From a virus (lineage: Duplodnaviria; Caudoviricetes), in IMG/VR virus record IMGVR_UViG_3300030104_004308, positions 1 to 45,802 of that record: a stretch of DNA of 45,802 nucleotides. One strand, written 5' to 3'. The position numbers and the translations under genes were made by a program. This document shows positions 1 through 9,300 of this stretch, one piece after another (position 1 is the first letter of the stretch; each line of letters opens with the position of its first letter). The notes under the pieces are model-generated. The model worked only from the letters and a program-made list of their open reading frames with translations, did no database searches and was not told where the DNA came from.

Positions 1-59
1 TATCAGCCATAAAATTATCCTCTCTATAAAGTTTACTAATTTGCTTAACCACTTCTTCA

Positions 60-1598
60 TCAAAATGCCTCCTGATGATATTCTACTTTAGAAACAGAAG
101 CTTCTGTTTGTTTCATTGTTTTTATTTTTATTAATCTTGGTTGTTGTTTTTTTATTCTCATTCTTTCTTCTGATATAAATATATCATCTAATCTTTTTAA
201 CAGATTACCTGTTTTAATTTTATCCATTTCCCAGTTATTCTTTTTTAGAAATGCATAGAAGTCATCCATCCTAAAATATGTAAATTCTTTTTTATCATCT
301 GTGTATGGTAATTTATTAAACACATCGTCCATGGTTCTGGCTGCTTGTCTATTTGTAGTCCAATCTTGTAATAATCCTGTAAGCTGATTCATTGGATTTA
401 AAGACTCTAATGGTTCTACCTCTTGTAAATTGTTCATCATTGGTTTTAAAAAATGTTGTTTCCAATCTTTTGCTTTTGGTACTGGTACTACTAGGTTTGC
501 TTGATCTAAACACGCCAGTGCAAATAAAGGTGAGCTATATAACTGTTCTGTTTTTAATTCGATCCGCGTTCCGTCCACATCTAAAAACCATTGTGGTGGA
601 CTTGATTTGTATTTAGTAAGATTTCCTAGTTGTGGCATTTCCTCTTCACCAAAGCCCACACCAAATCGTTTCGTTCTACACAAACCAGATTGACAGACCG
701 CGTTGATAGGTGCGTCTTTACATCTATACTTGTCATAACCTTTACGATTAACTGATTTAATTAATTGTTGAACCTCACTATTACTTAATTTAGGTTCCAT
801 ATGTTTTATATTAGCTTCTACAATTTTATCTTCCCAACTATCTGGGTGTGCTTGTTTGTAATAAACAGCAATATTAAACAATGCATTATTCCTAGACCCC
901 TCACCAAAACCAACTGATGCCAGTTTGTTTAGACAAGGAGGTCCAGCAGGAAATGCTTCTTCTATCTTTGTTTCTTCAATTTTAATTTCTTTAACTTGTG
1001 TGTTAGTACACGCATATTGATCATACATAGAATAGAATGATTCTAAACTAGCTGCTTGACCTTTATCATCTAAAGCATATCGTAAACCATTAGTGCCATT
1101 ATAATAAGGTAAGTTTAAGAAGTTACCTGTATCTCCACGCTCTACAAGTATTTCTATTTGTTTAGGAAAAATCTCTGATCCTTCATATCCTAAAACTTTT
1201 GCAATCTTTTTAAGTGTACTCTGCATTAAAGATGCAGCTATAAATTCTTTCGTAAATAAAAAAACGTGAGCTCCGCCTGATTTAGAACGGCAAACTATTA
1301 AGGGGAAGTTAAGATGTCGTATGCTTTGAATGAGGCTGCCGTGGTCGAGATTGTAACTGTCAATATCAATACAGCCCCAGCGACACGTGTTATCCTCACG
1401 AATGGGGATGATGCCCAAAGCCGGACCTTCTCCCTGTAAATGCTTCTCCCACAAATCATCGCTAACATTCTTTCGAACAATGAATGCTTTGCCTTTTTGT
1501 TTATCACCATTGGCCGCGACATCACCTTTTTGATATTGTCCATATGCAATCTTTAATCCTTCAAATATATTTTTAAATTTTTCTGTCTTCATTATCAT
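60..1598 (-). CDS. AEP-superfamily DNA primase/primase-polymerase with PriCT-like domain
   Basis: Motif I CIDID, motif II RSKSGGAH, GNFLNLPY; PriCT-like PPCL...GEGSRNNALFN; lies in the replication block. Confidence 0.8.
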   Translation of the reverse strand: MIMKTEKFKNIFEGLKIAYGQYQKGDVAANGDKQKGKAFIVRKNVSDDLWEKHLQGEGPALGIIPIREDNTCRWGCIDIDSYNLDHGSLIQSIRHLNFPLIVCRSKSGGAHVFLFTKEFIAASLMQSTLKKIAKVLGYEGSEIFPKQIEILVERGDTGNFLNLPYYNGTNGLRYALDDKGQAASLESFYSMYDQYACTNTQVKEIKIEETKIEEAFPAGPPCLNKLASVGFGEGSRNNALFNIAVYYKQAHPDSWEDKIVEANIKHMEPKLSNSEVQQLIKSVNRKGYDKYRCKDAPINAVCQSGLCRTKRFGVGFGEEEMPQLGNLTKYKSSPPQWFLDVDGTRIELKTEQLYSSPLFALACLDQANLVVPVPKAKDWKQHFLKPMMNNLQEVEPLESLNPMNQLTGLLQDWTTNRQAARTMDDVFNKLPYTDDKKEFTYFRMDDFYAFLKKNNWEMDKIKTGNLLKRLDDIFISEERMRIKKQQPRLIKIKTMKQTEASVSKVEYHQEAF

Positions 1599-1615
1599 TT
1601 CTAATTAATTTGTAA

Positions 1616-1639
1616 AGGGGGACCTGTGAGAATCCCCCT
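1616..1639 (-). terminator. GC-rich hairpin between SSB-like gene and primase (weak terminator or processing/stability element)
   Basis: AGGGGGA (1616-1622) pairs with TCCCCCT (1633-1639); only a short T run follows on the minus strand. Confidence 0.45.
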
Positions 1640-1648
1640 CCACTAGAA

Positions 1649-2422
1649 CTAAAACGGTGTTGCCGCTTTAGTTGATGTCTCTTCCACATCTGCTTTTGTT
1701 TGCACGTTACCTTTAGAAACACTAGAATTAAAGTCTTTAGACGCTAGGTATAAAGATTTATCCTTTTGCTCCATGATTCTGTCCATTGTTACAACCCAAC
1801 CATACCAAGAACCTTTGTCGTTCTTTTGTAGATTTGATTGAAGATTGTAAACAACCCCATGCATAGGTGGTGTATCAAATCCGCCTTTACCATCGTCAAT
1901 CTGAACAGACTTCATCATTGAATTCCATTTCTTACTGACACTCAACTGTGTTGATTTCATAGTAATTAAAGCAGGACTATAGCCACCTTGTTTGTTTTCC
2001 ACCATTACATAGTAATAAGCTGTCTCTTCTAAATAGTTACCGTTTGGTAATCTAATTTTAGAGCCATCTCTTTTACCTGTTTGGATAACCGGACTGCCTG
2101 GTTTGTGAGTTGCTACAGGCGCACCTGGACCATCTCCTCTATCAGACCATTCCGGATAGTCTTTTTTAAAGTAACAAGGAATAACCTTGATACCTTTCTT
2201 ACCATCGAACAAGTCGTTGGTAACAGTATTATAGATCATACCTGGTTTGGCACCATCTATAAACTTGCTATCACCGTCAGTCACCTGCGGAGATAGTTGT
2301 CCCAAGATTCTGATAAACGGTAACGCCATATCTTCTTGCGTCATGTTTTCAAAACCTTTGGAGAGATCGTTTCCGAATAACGAAACCGATCCGTTTGATT
2401 TAGCTTTTATTTCATTAGCCAT
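1649..2422 (-). CDS. Putative single-stranded DNA-binding protein
   Basis: 257 aa, QEDMALPFIRILGQLSPQV N-terminus typical of phage replication-block proteins, C-terminal tail ending in PF; adjacent to primase. Confidence 0.5.
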   Translation of the reverse strand: MANEIKAKSNGSVSLFGNDLSKGFENMTQEDMALPFIRILGQLSPQVTDGDSKFIDGAKPGMIYNTVTNDLFDGKKGIKVIPCYFKKDYPEWSDRGDGPGAPVATHKPGSPVIQTGKRDGSKIRLPNGNYLEETAYYYVMVENKQGGYSPALITMKSTQLSVSKKWNSMMKSVQIDDGKGGFDTPPMHGVVYNLQSNLQKNDKGSWYGWVVTMDRIMEQKDKSLYLASKDFNSSVSKGNVQTKADVEETSTKAATPF

Positions 2423-2435
2423 TATTCATCCTCCA

Positions 2436-2999
2436 TTATTTTTTCCGGCTGATTTTAGTTTTGTCTTTAATCCATAGACTAAAAACATCAGAAGGCATGT
2501 CAAGGCCGGCCTTAACACGCTCCTGATATAGGGCTGTCAAAGTATTCCAAGCCACATCAGATTTCTGCTGTGGTTCAAAACCATTCGACACCGCAAGGTC
2601 CAACAATTGTTTCGCCTTGTCATCTTCTCCACGACCAAAACTTACGCTAACATTGTTCTTCACAATATCGCCTAACCCCTGATCTCGAAGCCATTTAAGA
2701 GCTTGTTCCTTTTTAAAATCATCTTTAGGAATAGTTGCTCTGTATTCTGTTTTAACTGTTACGCTAGATCCATCAGCTAACTTAATTTGATTAAGTCCCT
2801 GTTCTTTTAATAATTCTGGTATTACTTCAGAACTAATATGATCTGCTTCTAATTTCTTTGCTTTTAACTTTTCTTCTATAGCTGCTATCTCATCTTCTTT
2901 ATCTTTAAGAAGTTTACATTGCGTAGCTATGTCTGTTATCTCGACGTTATCCAACATATCTTTTGAGTCTTCTAACATCATTTTATTTATTTCACTCAT
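2436..2999 (-). CDS. Conserved phage replication-block protein (coiled-coil N-terminus)
   Basis: 187 aa ORF with SD (AAAGGA) upstream; IPELLKEQGLNQIKLADGSSV pattern; co-oriented with SSB-like gene. Confidence 0.6.
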   Translation of the reverse strand: MSEINKMMLEDSKDMLDNVEITDIATQCKLLKDKEDEIAAIEEKLKAKKLEADHISSEVIPELLKEQGLNQIKLADGSSVTVKTEYRATIPKDDFKKEQALKWLRDQGLGDIVKNNVSVSFGRGEDDKAKQLLDLAVSNGFEPQQKSDVAWNTLTALYQERVKAGLDMPSDVFSLWIKDKTKISRKK

Positions 3000-3001
3000 T
3001 G

Positions 3002-3409
3002 TTATCCTTTCTGATAGAGATCGAAATTTATTGGATAGTATTTAGCTTCTCTTCGATCCCATTTGAGAAGGTTAAATTTACCGTTTGTTTTATCACAAAC
3101 GATTGCACAAGATATTCCTATAATAGCAGGATCTCCTGTTAACAATACGTAGTCTTGTTCTCTAAAGTCTCTTAAATTTTTTTGCATCTTAAATACAAAT
3201 GGACTTGATGAGAATATTATCTGTGAATCTGGGCCATAATTAGGCAAACAAATCACAAGATAGCCAAAATCTGATGCACCTAAAATATTTATATTTGCAG
3301 GTGGATGTTGTAATACATACACAAATTTTTCTTCAGGGTTGTTTTTTTTAAAGTCTAAAAACTCTGCTAAAGAATTTGGTTTATATAATTCAAAAATTTT
3401 ATTCTTCAT
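3002..3409 (-). CDS. Hypothetical phage protein
   Basis: 135 aa ORF, first gene of the leftward operon; DYVLLTGDP...LLKWDR. Confidence 0.6.
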   Translation of the reverse strand: MKNKIFELYKPNSLAEFLDFKKNNPEEKFVYVLQHPPANINILGASDFGYLVICLPNYGPDSQIIFSSSPFVFKMQKNLRDFREQDYVLLTGDPAIIGISCAIVCDKTNGKFNLLKWDRREAKYYPINFDLYQKG

Positions 3410-3420
3410 TCTATTATGCT

Positions 3421-3459
3421 CTTGACATCTTATATAGTAGTGTTTATATACTTGTCAAG
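3421..3459. promoter_or_regulatory. Overlapping divergent sigma70-type promoters
   Basis: + strand TTGACA 3422-3427, 17 nt, TATATA 3445-3450; - strand TTGACA (3458-3453), 16 nt, TATATA (3436-3431); sits between divergent genes. Confidence 0.75.
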
Positions 3460-3469
3460 TAGAAAGAAT

Positions 3470-4903
3470 ATGAATTATAAATTTAAGACGACACCCTATA
3501 AGCATCAGCTTACTGCATTAAAAAAATCAGTAGATGAAAAAGAGTATGCATACTTTATGGAGATGGGTACAGGTAAATCTAAAGTATTAGTTGATAATAT
3601 GGCTATGCTTTATGATAAAGGTAAAATAAATGGTGCACTGATTATAGCACCCAAAGGTGTATATAGAACGTGGTTAGAGCAAGAAATCCCCAATCATTTA
3701 GTTGACCATATAAAACCCAAAATGGTACTATGGACTGCTTTAACATCAAAAACAAAGGATAAAGAGTATCAACAATTATTTAAACCTGACTATGACCTTC
3801 ACATCCTTATTATGAATGTTGAGGCATTTAGTACAAAAAAAGGTGCTGAATTTGCATATAAATTTTTAAGTAGTCATAAAACTCTTATGGCTGTCGATGA
3901 GTCTACAACTATTAAAACCCCTACAGCAAAAAGAACTAAAACAATTATTACACTAGGTAAACATGCAACCTATAAGCGTATTCTTACAGGTTCTCCTGTA
4001 ACTAAATCTCCATTAGATTTATATAGTCAATGTGCTTTTTTAAGTGAAGACTTATTAAACCATGCATCTTATTATTCATTTAGAAATAGATATGCACATA
4101 TGGTAGATAGAAATTTTGGTGGTAGAAGAGTACAAATTGTAGGTAGTTATAAAAGACTTGATGAACTAGAAGAAATACTTAAAGATTTTTCTTATAGAGT
4201 ACAAAAAAAAGATTGTTTAGATTTACCTAAAAAAATATTTATTAACAGAACTATTGATTTAACTCCTGAACAAAGCAAAGCGTATGATACAATGAAATCC
4301 GCGGCCCTCGCTCTACTAAAAGGTAAAATTACTACTGCGCCACACACACTTACACAACTTATGAGATTACATCAAATTACTTGTGGTCATCTAAAATCTG
4401 ATGACGGTCAAATAACTAATTTAAAACATAATCGAATAGAAGAATTACTAGATGTCATGAATGAGATGGAAGGTAAAGTTATTATATGGGCTAATTATAT
4501 TCATGATATAGAAGAAATAGTTAAAGCCATAAAGAAAAAACATGGAGAAGATTCTATTGTTCAATACTATGGTGCTATTTCACCTGACGACAGACAAAGA
4601 GCTATTAAACAATTTCAAAACCCTAAATCTCCTGTTAAATATTTTGTAGGTAATACTCAAACTGGTGGTTATGGTATTACACTCACAGCTGCAAGCAATG
4701 TTATTTATTACTCTAACAGTTATGATTTAGAGAAAAGACTACAATCAGAAGACAGAGCGCATAGAATAGGTCAACACAAACCAGTTACTTATGTAGATCT
4801 TATTGCTCCCAAGACTGTGGATGAGAAAATAATAAAAGCTTTAAGAAATAAAATTAATATTGCATCTGAAATTATGGGTGATACTCTAGATGCTTGGATA
4901 TGA
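3470..4903 (+). CDS. SNF2-family (SF2) helicase/ATPase
   Basis: Q-motif PYKHQ, Walker A MEMGTGKS, Walker B VDEST, LTGSP, GYGITLT, motif VI QSEDRAHRIGQ; start moved to ATG 3470, downstream of the promoter. Confidence 0.9.
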   Translation: MNYKFKTTPYKHQLTALKKSVDEKEYAYFMEMGTGKSKVLVDNMAMLYDKGKINGALIIAPKGVYRTWLEQEIPNHLVDHIKPKMVLWTALTSKTKDKEYQQLFKPDYDLHILIMNVEAFSTKKGAEFAYKFLSSHKTLMAVDESTTIKTPTAKRTKTIITLGKHATYKRILTGSPVTKSPLDLYSQCAFLSEDLLNHASYYSFRNRYAHMVDRNFGGRRVQIVGSYKRLDELEEILKDFSYRVQKKDCLDLPKKIFINRTIDLTPEQSKAYDTMKSAALALLKGKITTAPHTLTQLMRLHQITCGHLKSDDGQITNLKHNRIEELLDVMNEMEGKVIIWANYIHDIEEIVKAIKKKHGEDSIVQYYGAISPDDRQRAIKQFQNPKSPVKYFVGNTQTGGYGITLTAASNVIYYSNSYDLEKRLQSEDRAHRIGQHKPVTYVDLIAPKTVDEKIIKALRNKINIASEIMGDTLDAWI

Positions 4904-5100
4904 AATACCCTTACTACATAAGAATGGCTATATTGTTGTGCATTGGTGCATTTGCACCAATAATGATTCATCATATAGTTTATAAGCTATGGGACGTAAG
5001 TGTACTTCGCGCAGCAGAAATAACTTTTATATTATGTATTCCAATCGCTTATTGGATGGCAAGCAAAATTAATGATAGATGGCACGACGATAGAGAATGA
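4900..5100 (+). CDS. Small membrane protein (two hydrophobic segments)
   Basis: ATGA overlap with helicase stop; two hydrophobic stretches; alternative start 4894. Confidence 0.55.
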   Translation: MKYPYYIRMAILLCIGAFAPIMIHHIVYKLWDVSVLRAAEITFILCIPIAYWMASKINDRWHDDRE

Positions 5101-5312
5101 AACCCATAATAATAACATTGCTATATTTAACCACATTTGGTGATATTAAAATGAGTTCTTTTGAAATACACATGCCATGTGAGTCCTGGTATCATTACAA
5201 TGTAAAAGTTAGTGAACGTAAACAACGTAAGATGTTTAGTAATCTTTATTATCACGAACACGATGGTAAACAAGTTGTAGGTTATATTTGTGGAGGAGAT
5301 GAACCACAATGA
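5097..5312 (+). CDS. Hypothetical protein
   Basis: 71 aa; ATGA overlap with previous gene; hydrophobic N-terminus, two Cys. Confidence 0.55.
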   Translation: MKPIIITLLYLTTFGDIKMSSFEIHMPCESWYHYNVKVSERKQRKMFSNLYYHEHDGKQVVGYICGGDEPQ

Positions 5313-5315
5313 GAT

Positions 5316-5693
5316 TTACAGATCTATTAATCCCGTTTCTCTGTTTAAATATTTGTATTCTATTTTATGTATATCAAAATCTTTCATAATTTTACTACAA
5401 ATATCATTAGGACTAAAATCACCACAACTATAAACATCTAATTGCATTAACGCAGGTTTAGGTTCGTCCCAAATGTGCATAGCAATGTGAGAAGTTTCAA
5501 TTATTGCGATTGCGGTAATACCTCTATTACCAGGCATCGAGCAATACTTAACATAAGGACCCATAAATACTTTCATATTTATAGATTCTATAAATTCTCT
5601 CATCCAATGTTGTAATTGTTCTTCGTCTGTTGGTGGTTTGACTGCCTCCGCACGAATAATTAAATGTTTATGAACCAGGAGGCTGTTTTTCAT
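5316..5693 (-). CDS. speD: Pyruvoyl-dependent decarboxylase proenzyme, S-adenosylmethionine decarboxylase (SpeD)-like
   Basis: HKHLII N-terminus, GITAIAIIETSHIAMHIW self-cleavage region, LDVYSCG; start set at ATG 5693, just after the endolysin stop. Confidence 0.8.
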   Translation of the reverse strand: MKNSLLVHKHLIIRAEAVKPPTDEEQLQHWMREFIESINMKVFMGPYVKYCSMPGNRGITAIAIIETSHIAMHIWDEPKPALMQLDVYSCGDFSPNDICSKIMKDFDIHKIEYKYLNRETGLIDL

Positions 5694-5697
5694 GACG

Positions 5698-6150
5698 CTA
5701 TATCTCTTCGTATTGAGTTTTACCAGCATCATTACGAAAGGCACGCAAAGTTTGTTTTCGATTGCCTTCTTCGTTGTATGATACATGTAGCCATCCGCTA
5801 TTAGCGTCGCCGTCGTAAAATTCTAAAATTGCTTGATCAAATTCTAGGTTTTGAGTAATCCAATCAAAGAGTTCTCTATTGTCAACTCCATAACATTCAA
5901 AGTCTGCCGCCTGGCCTCTGCAGTGCTGGGATTTTCTACTACTGCCGATTTTTTCTGATAAAATTTCAGAGCGATATCCTGATGATACACTTACAACGCC
6001 CCACTCATCTCGTACAGGTTGCAAAACGTTTTCGCAAAGCAACTTCAAATTTTCTATGTGTTCATCTGTAGGTTGATTAGATATGCCATGACGCTGCGCT
6101 GTCTGCGAAGCAGTTAATTCTTTTAAAGAAAAGTTCTGACTTAATTTCAT
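5698..6150 (-). CDS. Peptidase M15A-family Zn peptidase, probable endolysin
   Basis: LSQNFSLKEL, SSGYRS, SQHCRGQAAD, WLHVSY zinc-ligand motifs; start at ATG 6150 (ATGA overlap). Confidence 0.85.
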   Translation of the reverse strand: MKLSQNFSLKELTASQTAQRHGISNQPTDEHIENLKLLCENVLQPVRDEWGVVSVSSGYRSEILSEKIGSSRKSQHCRGQAADFECYGVDNRELFDWITQNLEFDQAILEFYDGDANSGWLHVSYNEEGNRKQTLRAFRNDAGKTQYEEI

Positions 6151-6341
6151 GATATTAATTTTTCTAAAGCAAAGACCACTGCTGTTCCCGCAACAGTTAA
6201 AAGAACCCAATAGATTTTATCTATCTTACCGCCCAAATTTTCTACGTCTTTATGTACGTGTGATAAATTTTTTTTGACTCCTGATATATGTCCATACAGG
6301 GATAGGATATGTTCTCTTGTAGTCTTTGGTTTTATGTTCAT
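6147..6341 (-). CDS. Small coiled-coil plus single-TM protein, possible holin/lysis accessory
   Basis: 64 aa with C-terminal hydrophobic helix IYWVLLTVAGTAVVFAL; translationally coupled to the endolysin. Confidence 0.5.
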   Translation of the reverse strand: MNIKPKTTREHILSLYGHISGVKKNLSHVHKDVENLGGKIDKIYWVLLTVAGTAVVFALEKLIS

Positions 6342-9300
6342 TATGTTCTTTGGTTTAACCTAATTTGTTGCTCGGTAGGGGACAATAACGCACTTTCACT
6401 TCTTGTCAATAAAGTATTTGGATTGACCGCAGGTGCAGTGGCTGCAATTTTTGTAGGTTGAGGTTGAGGAGCAAGAGGTTGAACCTTTGGTTTTACAGGT
6501 TGAGCTGACACTGTTGCTTTAGGTTCATTTAAATTAATTTGTGGTAAGAATCCTCTTAAATCATTTTTAACAGGTCTATCATAGAAAAACTCCTCATCTA
6601 ATTTATCTCTTTTTAATTTTCTAATAACTCTGTTTAAACCTCGTTTAGGGTATACAAAGTTTTTATCTAATTCATAATCAAAACCTTGTTCTTTTTCTCT
6701 TTTCTTCAAGATATCTACTTTTTTCTCAAATAAAGATTTAGAGTAGTTAACAGGTGTAAATCTACCTCTCATTATGTCATTAATTTGTTTGGTACTTAAT
6801 CCAGTTCTCGCTTTAAAAACTTTTCTAATATCACGTTTAGACATACCCCATGCTTCAGCTGCCTTAATAGCACCATAAATTTCTTTTTGTAATCTAAATG
6901 CTTCTCTTTGAATATCAATAAACTCATTTACAATAACTGGTCCACCTCTGGTATAGATGTCATTAAACTTATAAAGTTTTTCTCCTTTAAATACATCAGT
7001 TCTAATTCTACTAAAATCTGATACTTTGTAATCTAAAGCTTCGGCAATAGACGCATTGAAAGGTTTTAATCCTGTAGACGCTCCTATTACAACGTCTCCT
7101 GTTTCTCTTAACACTCCTGACGGAGTTGGTTGTTTTATAATAGAGTCATAAAATTTTCTACTAGAAGTTATAATACCTGGTTCTAGTGTCATTAAAATAT
7201 GTTTCCAAGATTTATTCCACTTGTCTCCTAAAGAATCTGTAGGACTCCAAATAATTTTACCTGTATCTGTTCTACCTCTACCCACATCTATAAAAGGTTC
7301 AAATCCAATAGGAGTTGTTAAATAAGATTCAAAGAAGGTTCTTACAGGACCATTAGGACCAAAGGTAACTTCTAATGCATCTACATCACCTAAAGCTTTT
7401 CCTTCTCTTATTTTTGCAAACACAGCTTCAAGCGGTTCTATTACAACTGATTGCGGTATAAAATCAGATAAGTTTACAACTTTAAAGTTTCCTTTGTCCG
7501 GTTTACTTAATGCGAGTAAGTTAGAATTTTTCATATATTCTGGAGCAAAATATAGTTTGTATAAATTCATTAGTTCGTCATCTACACCAGTTATAGAGTT
7601 GTATAATCCTTTAGTTGCATAAGATATTCCACCTAAAGTTGTATATAAACCAAATAAACCTCTAATTCCCATTGCTCTTAATTCTGGATTTGTTGATGAT
7701 GCTTCTTTCATAGAGATAGCAAAGTTGTTAAAAGTAGTTCTTAACATTTCAGCAGGAAAAGATACGAAGTTACCAAATGGTGTTCTTCTTAAAGCTTGAA
7801 TAGCTATTGGAACTTTACTGTATGTTGGAATAGTGTTTCGTGTATACCATGAAGCTGCTTGTCTTATAGCTTCATCTATATCTACTTTTTGTCCTGATAA
7901 AGTTTTAGAAAGTAAATCTCTACCAGCTATTTCTTTAAACCATGTTCGTGCTTTATTAAGATCTCCCTTAAATAAATCTTTAGTAAATGATTTATACCAA
8001 TTGTAAGTGTACCACTTCCAAACGTTATCACCTCCAGCATATAGTCTTGCAGCTTTTTCTGTAAATGGATTCTTTTCTAAAAATTTAGCTAGTCCTTCAA
8101 CTGAAGCAATCTTACCATTTCTTACTTCTCTTAATACTGCTTGAAGTTCTGATGCCACAATGTTTTCATCTAATACACCATACTTAATTCCTTCGTTTAT
8201 ATTATCTAACAATCTTAATTCTGCCTGCGCGTTACCTTTTCCAGCTCTAAAAATATCATCCACTACCATTGCAATTGCTTCAGTAACAGATGCTCTACCT
8301 CCTATGACACCTCTTGCCATTGGAAACATTGCTGCAGAATAAAAGTTTCTAACCTGTGTTTCTGGAGATAATACGGTTTTACCATACTGTACTCCTGTTT
8401 TTAATTGTAATAAATTTTTATATACTCCACTTTGTAGCCAAGCATCTAGTGGTCCTTTAGTGCTTGTTAAAGCTTCAACAATATCACTAGCTCCATACAA
8501 AGGTTTTTTGACATCTTGTAATAAAGTTTTCATTTCTCCTAATCCTCTAGCACCAGATACAACCGCAGGATTTGTAATACCTGCTCTTTTAGCAGCTTCT
8601 TCTGATTTAAATAAAATTCTAGCTTTGGTTAATTCAGTTGCTAATCTATCAAACAACATTTTATTAGTTGTTTGAGTTACCATAGAAGAAGTTGTTGTAA
8701 GCACTGATGATTTTAAAGTGTTTTGCTGTCCTAATAAATTTTTAATAACTGTCGGTAATTCTTCGCCTGTAGCAATAAAGTTTTTAATTTTTAAAGACTC
8801 ACCTATTTTGTTTAAGTTTTGTATAGGATCAAACATATCTTGTTTTCCTAATCTTAATACTTCTTTGACCATAGATTCCGCTTGTAGTTCTCTTGCTCTG
8901 CCAACGGATACTCCAGGAGCACCAAAAACTTTTTTAGCTTCTACTCTAAATTGTCCACCCCCTTTTCCATTAATTAAATTAAGAGCATACTGTTTAGCTT
9001 TTTTAAATAATGGTGATGTTTCCGGTACGGCATAACCAGGATTTTCAAAGATAGCAAAAGACTTTCTCATGTAACCTTTTAAATTTTTTAATACTGCATC
9101 TTTTAAATCACCTGCTGGTAGCAACTCACCAAATGTTTTTTTAATTTCTAATAGATCTTTGTTTAAAGCTTGTGAAGTAACTCTTAAATCTTTAGGTAAA
9201 GAATTTAAAGTTCTTTGTCCTTTTAAATATTCTAATACTCCATCTAAATAATAGTCCATACTAGCTGGTGAAGTTTTTGCGGTATTATATTTTCCTTCAA

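Noticed and set aside
1-60. Start of a further minus-strand gene (ATG at 60, MKKWLSKLV..., or ATG at 10 with AGAGGA SD)
   Set aside because: Truncated by the window edge; cannot choose the start or assign a function.
556-572. Alphaproteobacterial LexA box (GAAC-N7-GAAC) as explanation for the repeated 13-mer
   Set aside because: Only this copy approaches it (GAAC-N7-GAAT); other copies conserve the spacer rather than the second half-site, and all are intragenic.
3416-3469. Upstream extensions of ORF-track starts for the helicase (3416), speD-like (5786), endolysin (6210) and 32958
   Set aside because: They overlap promoters or neighbouring genes; downstream ATGs fit coupling or SD better.
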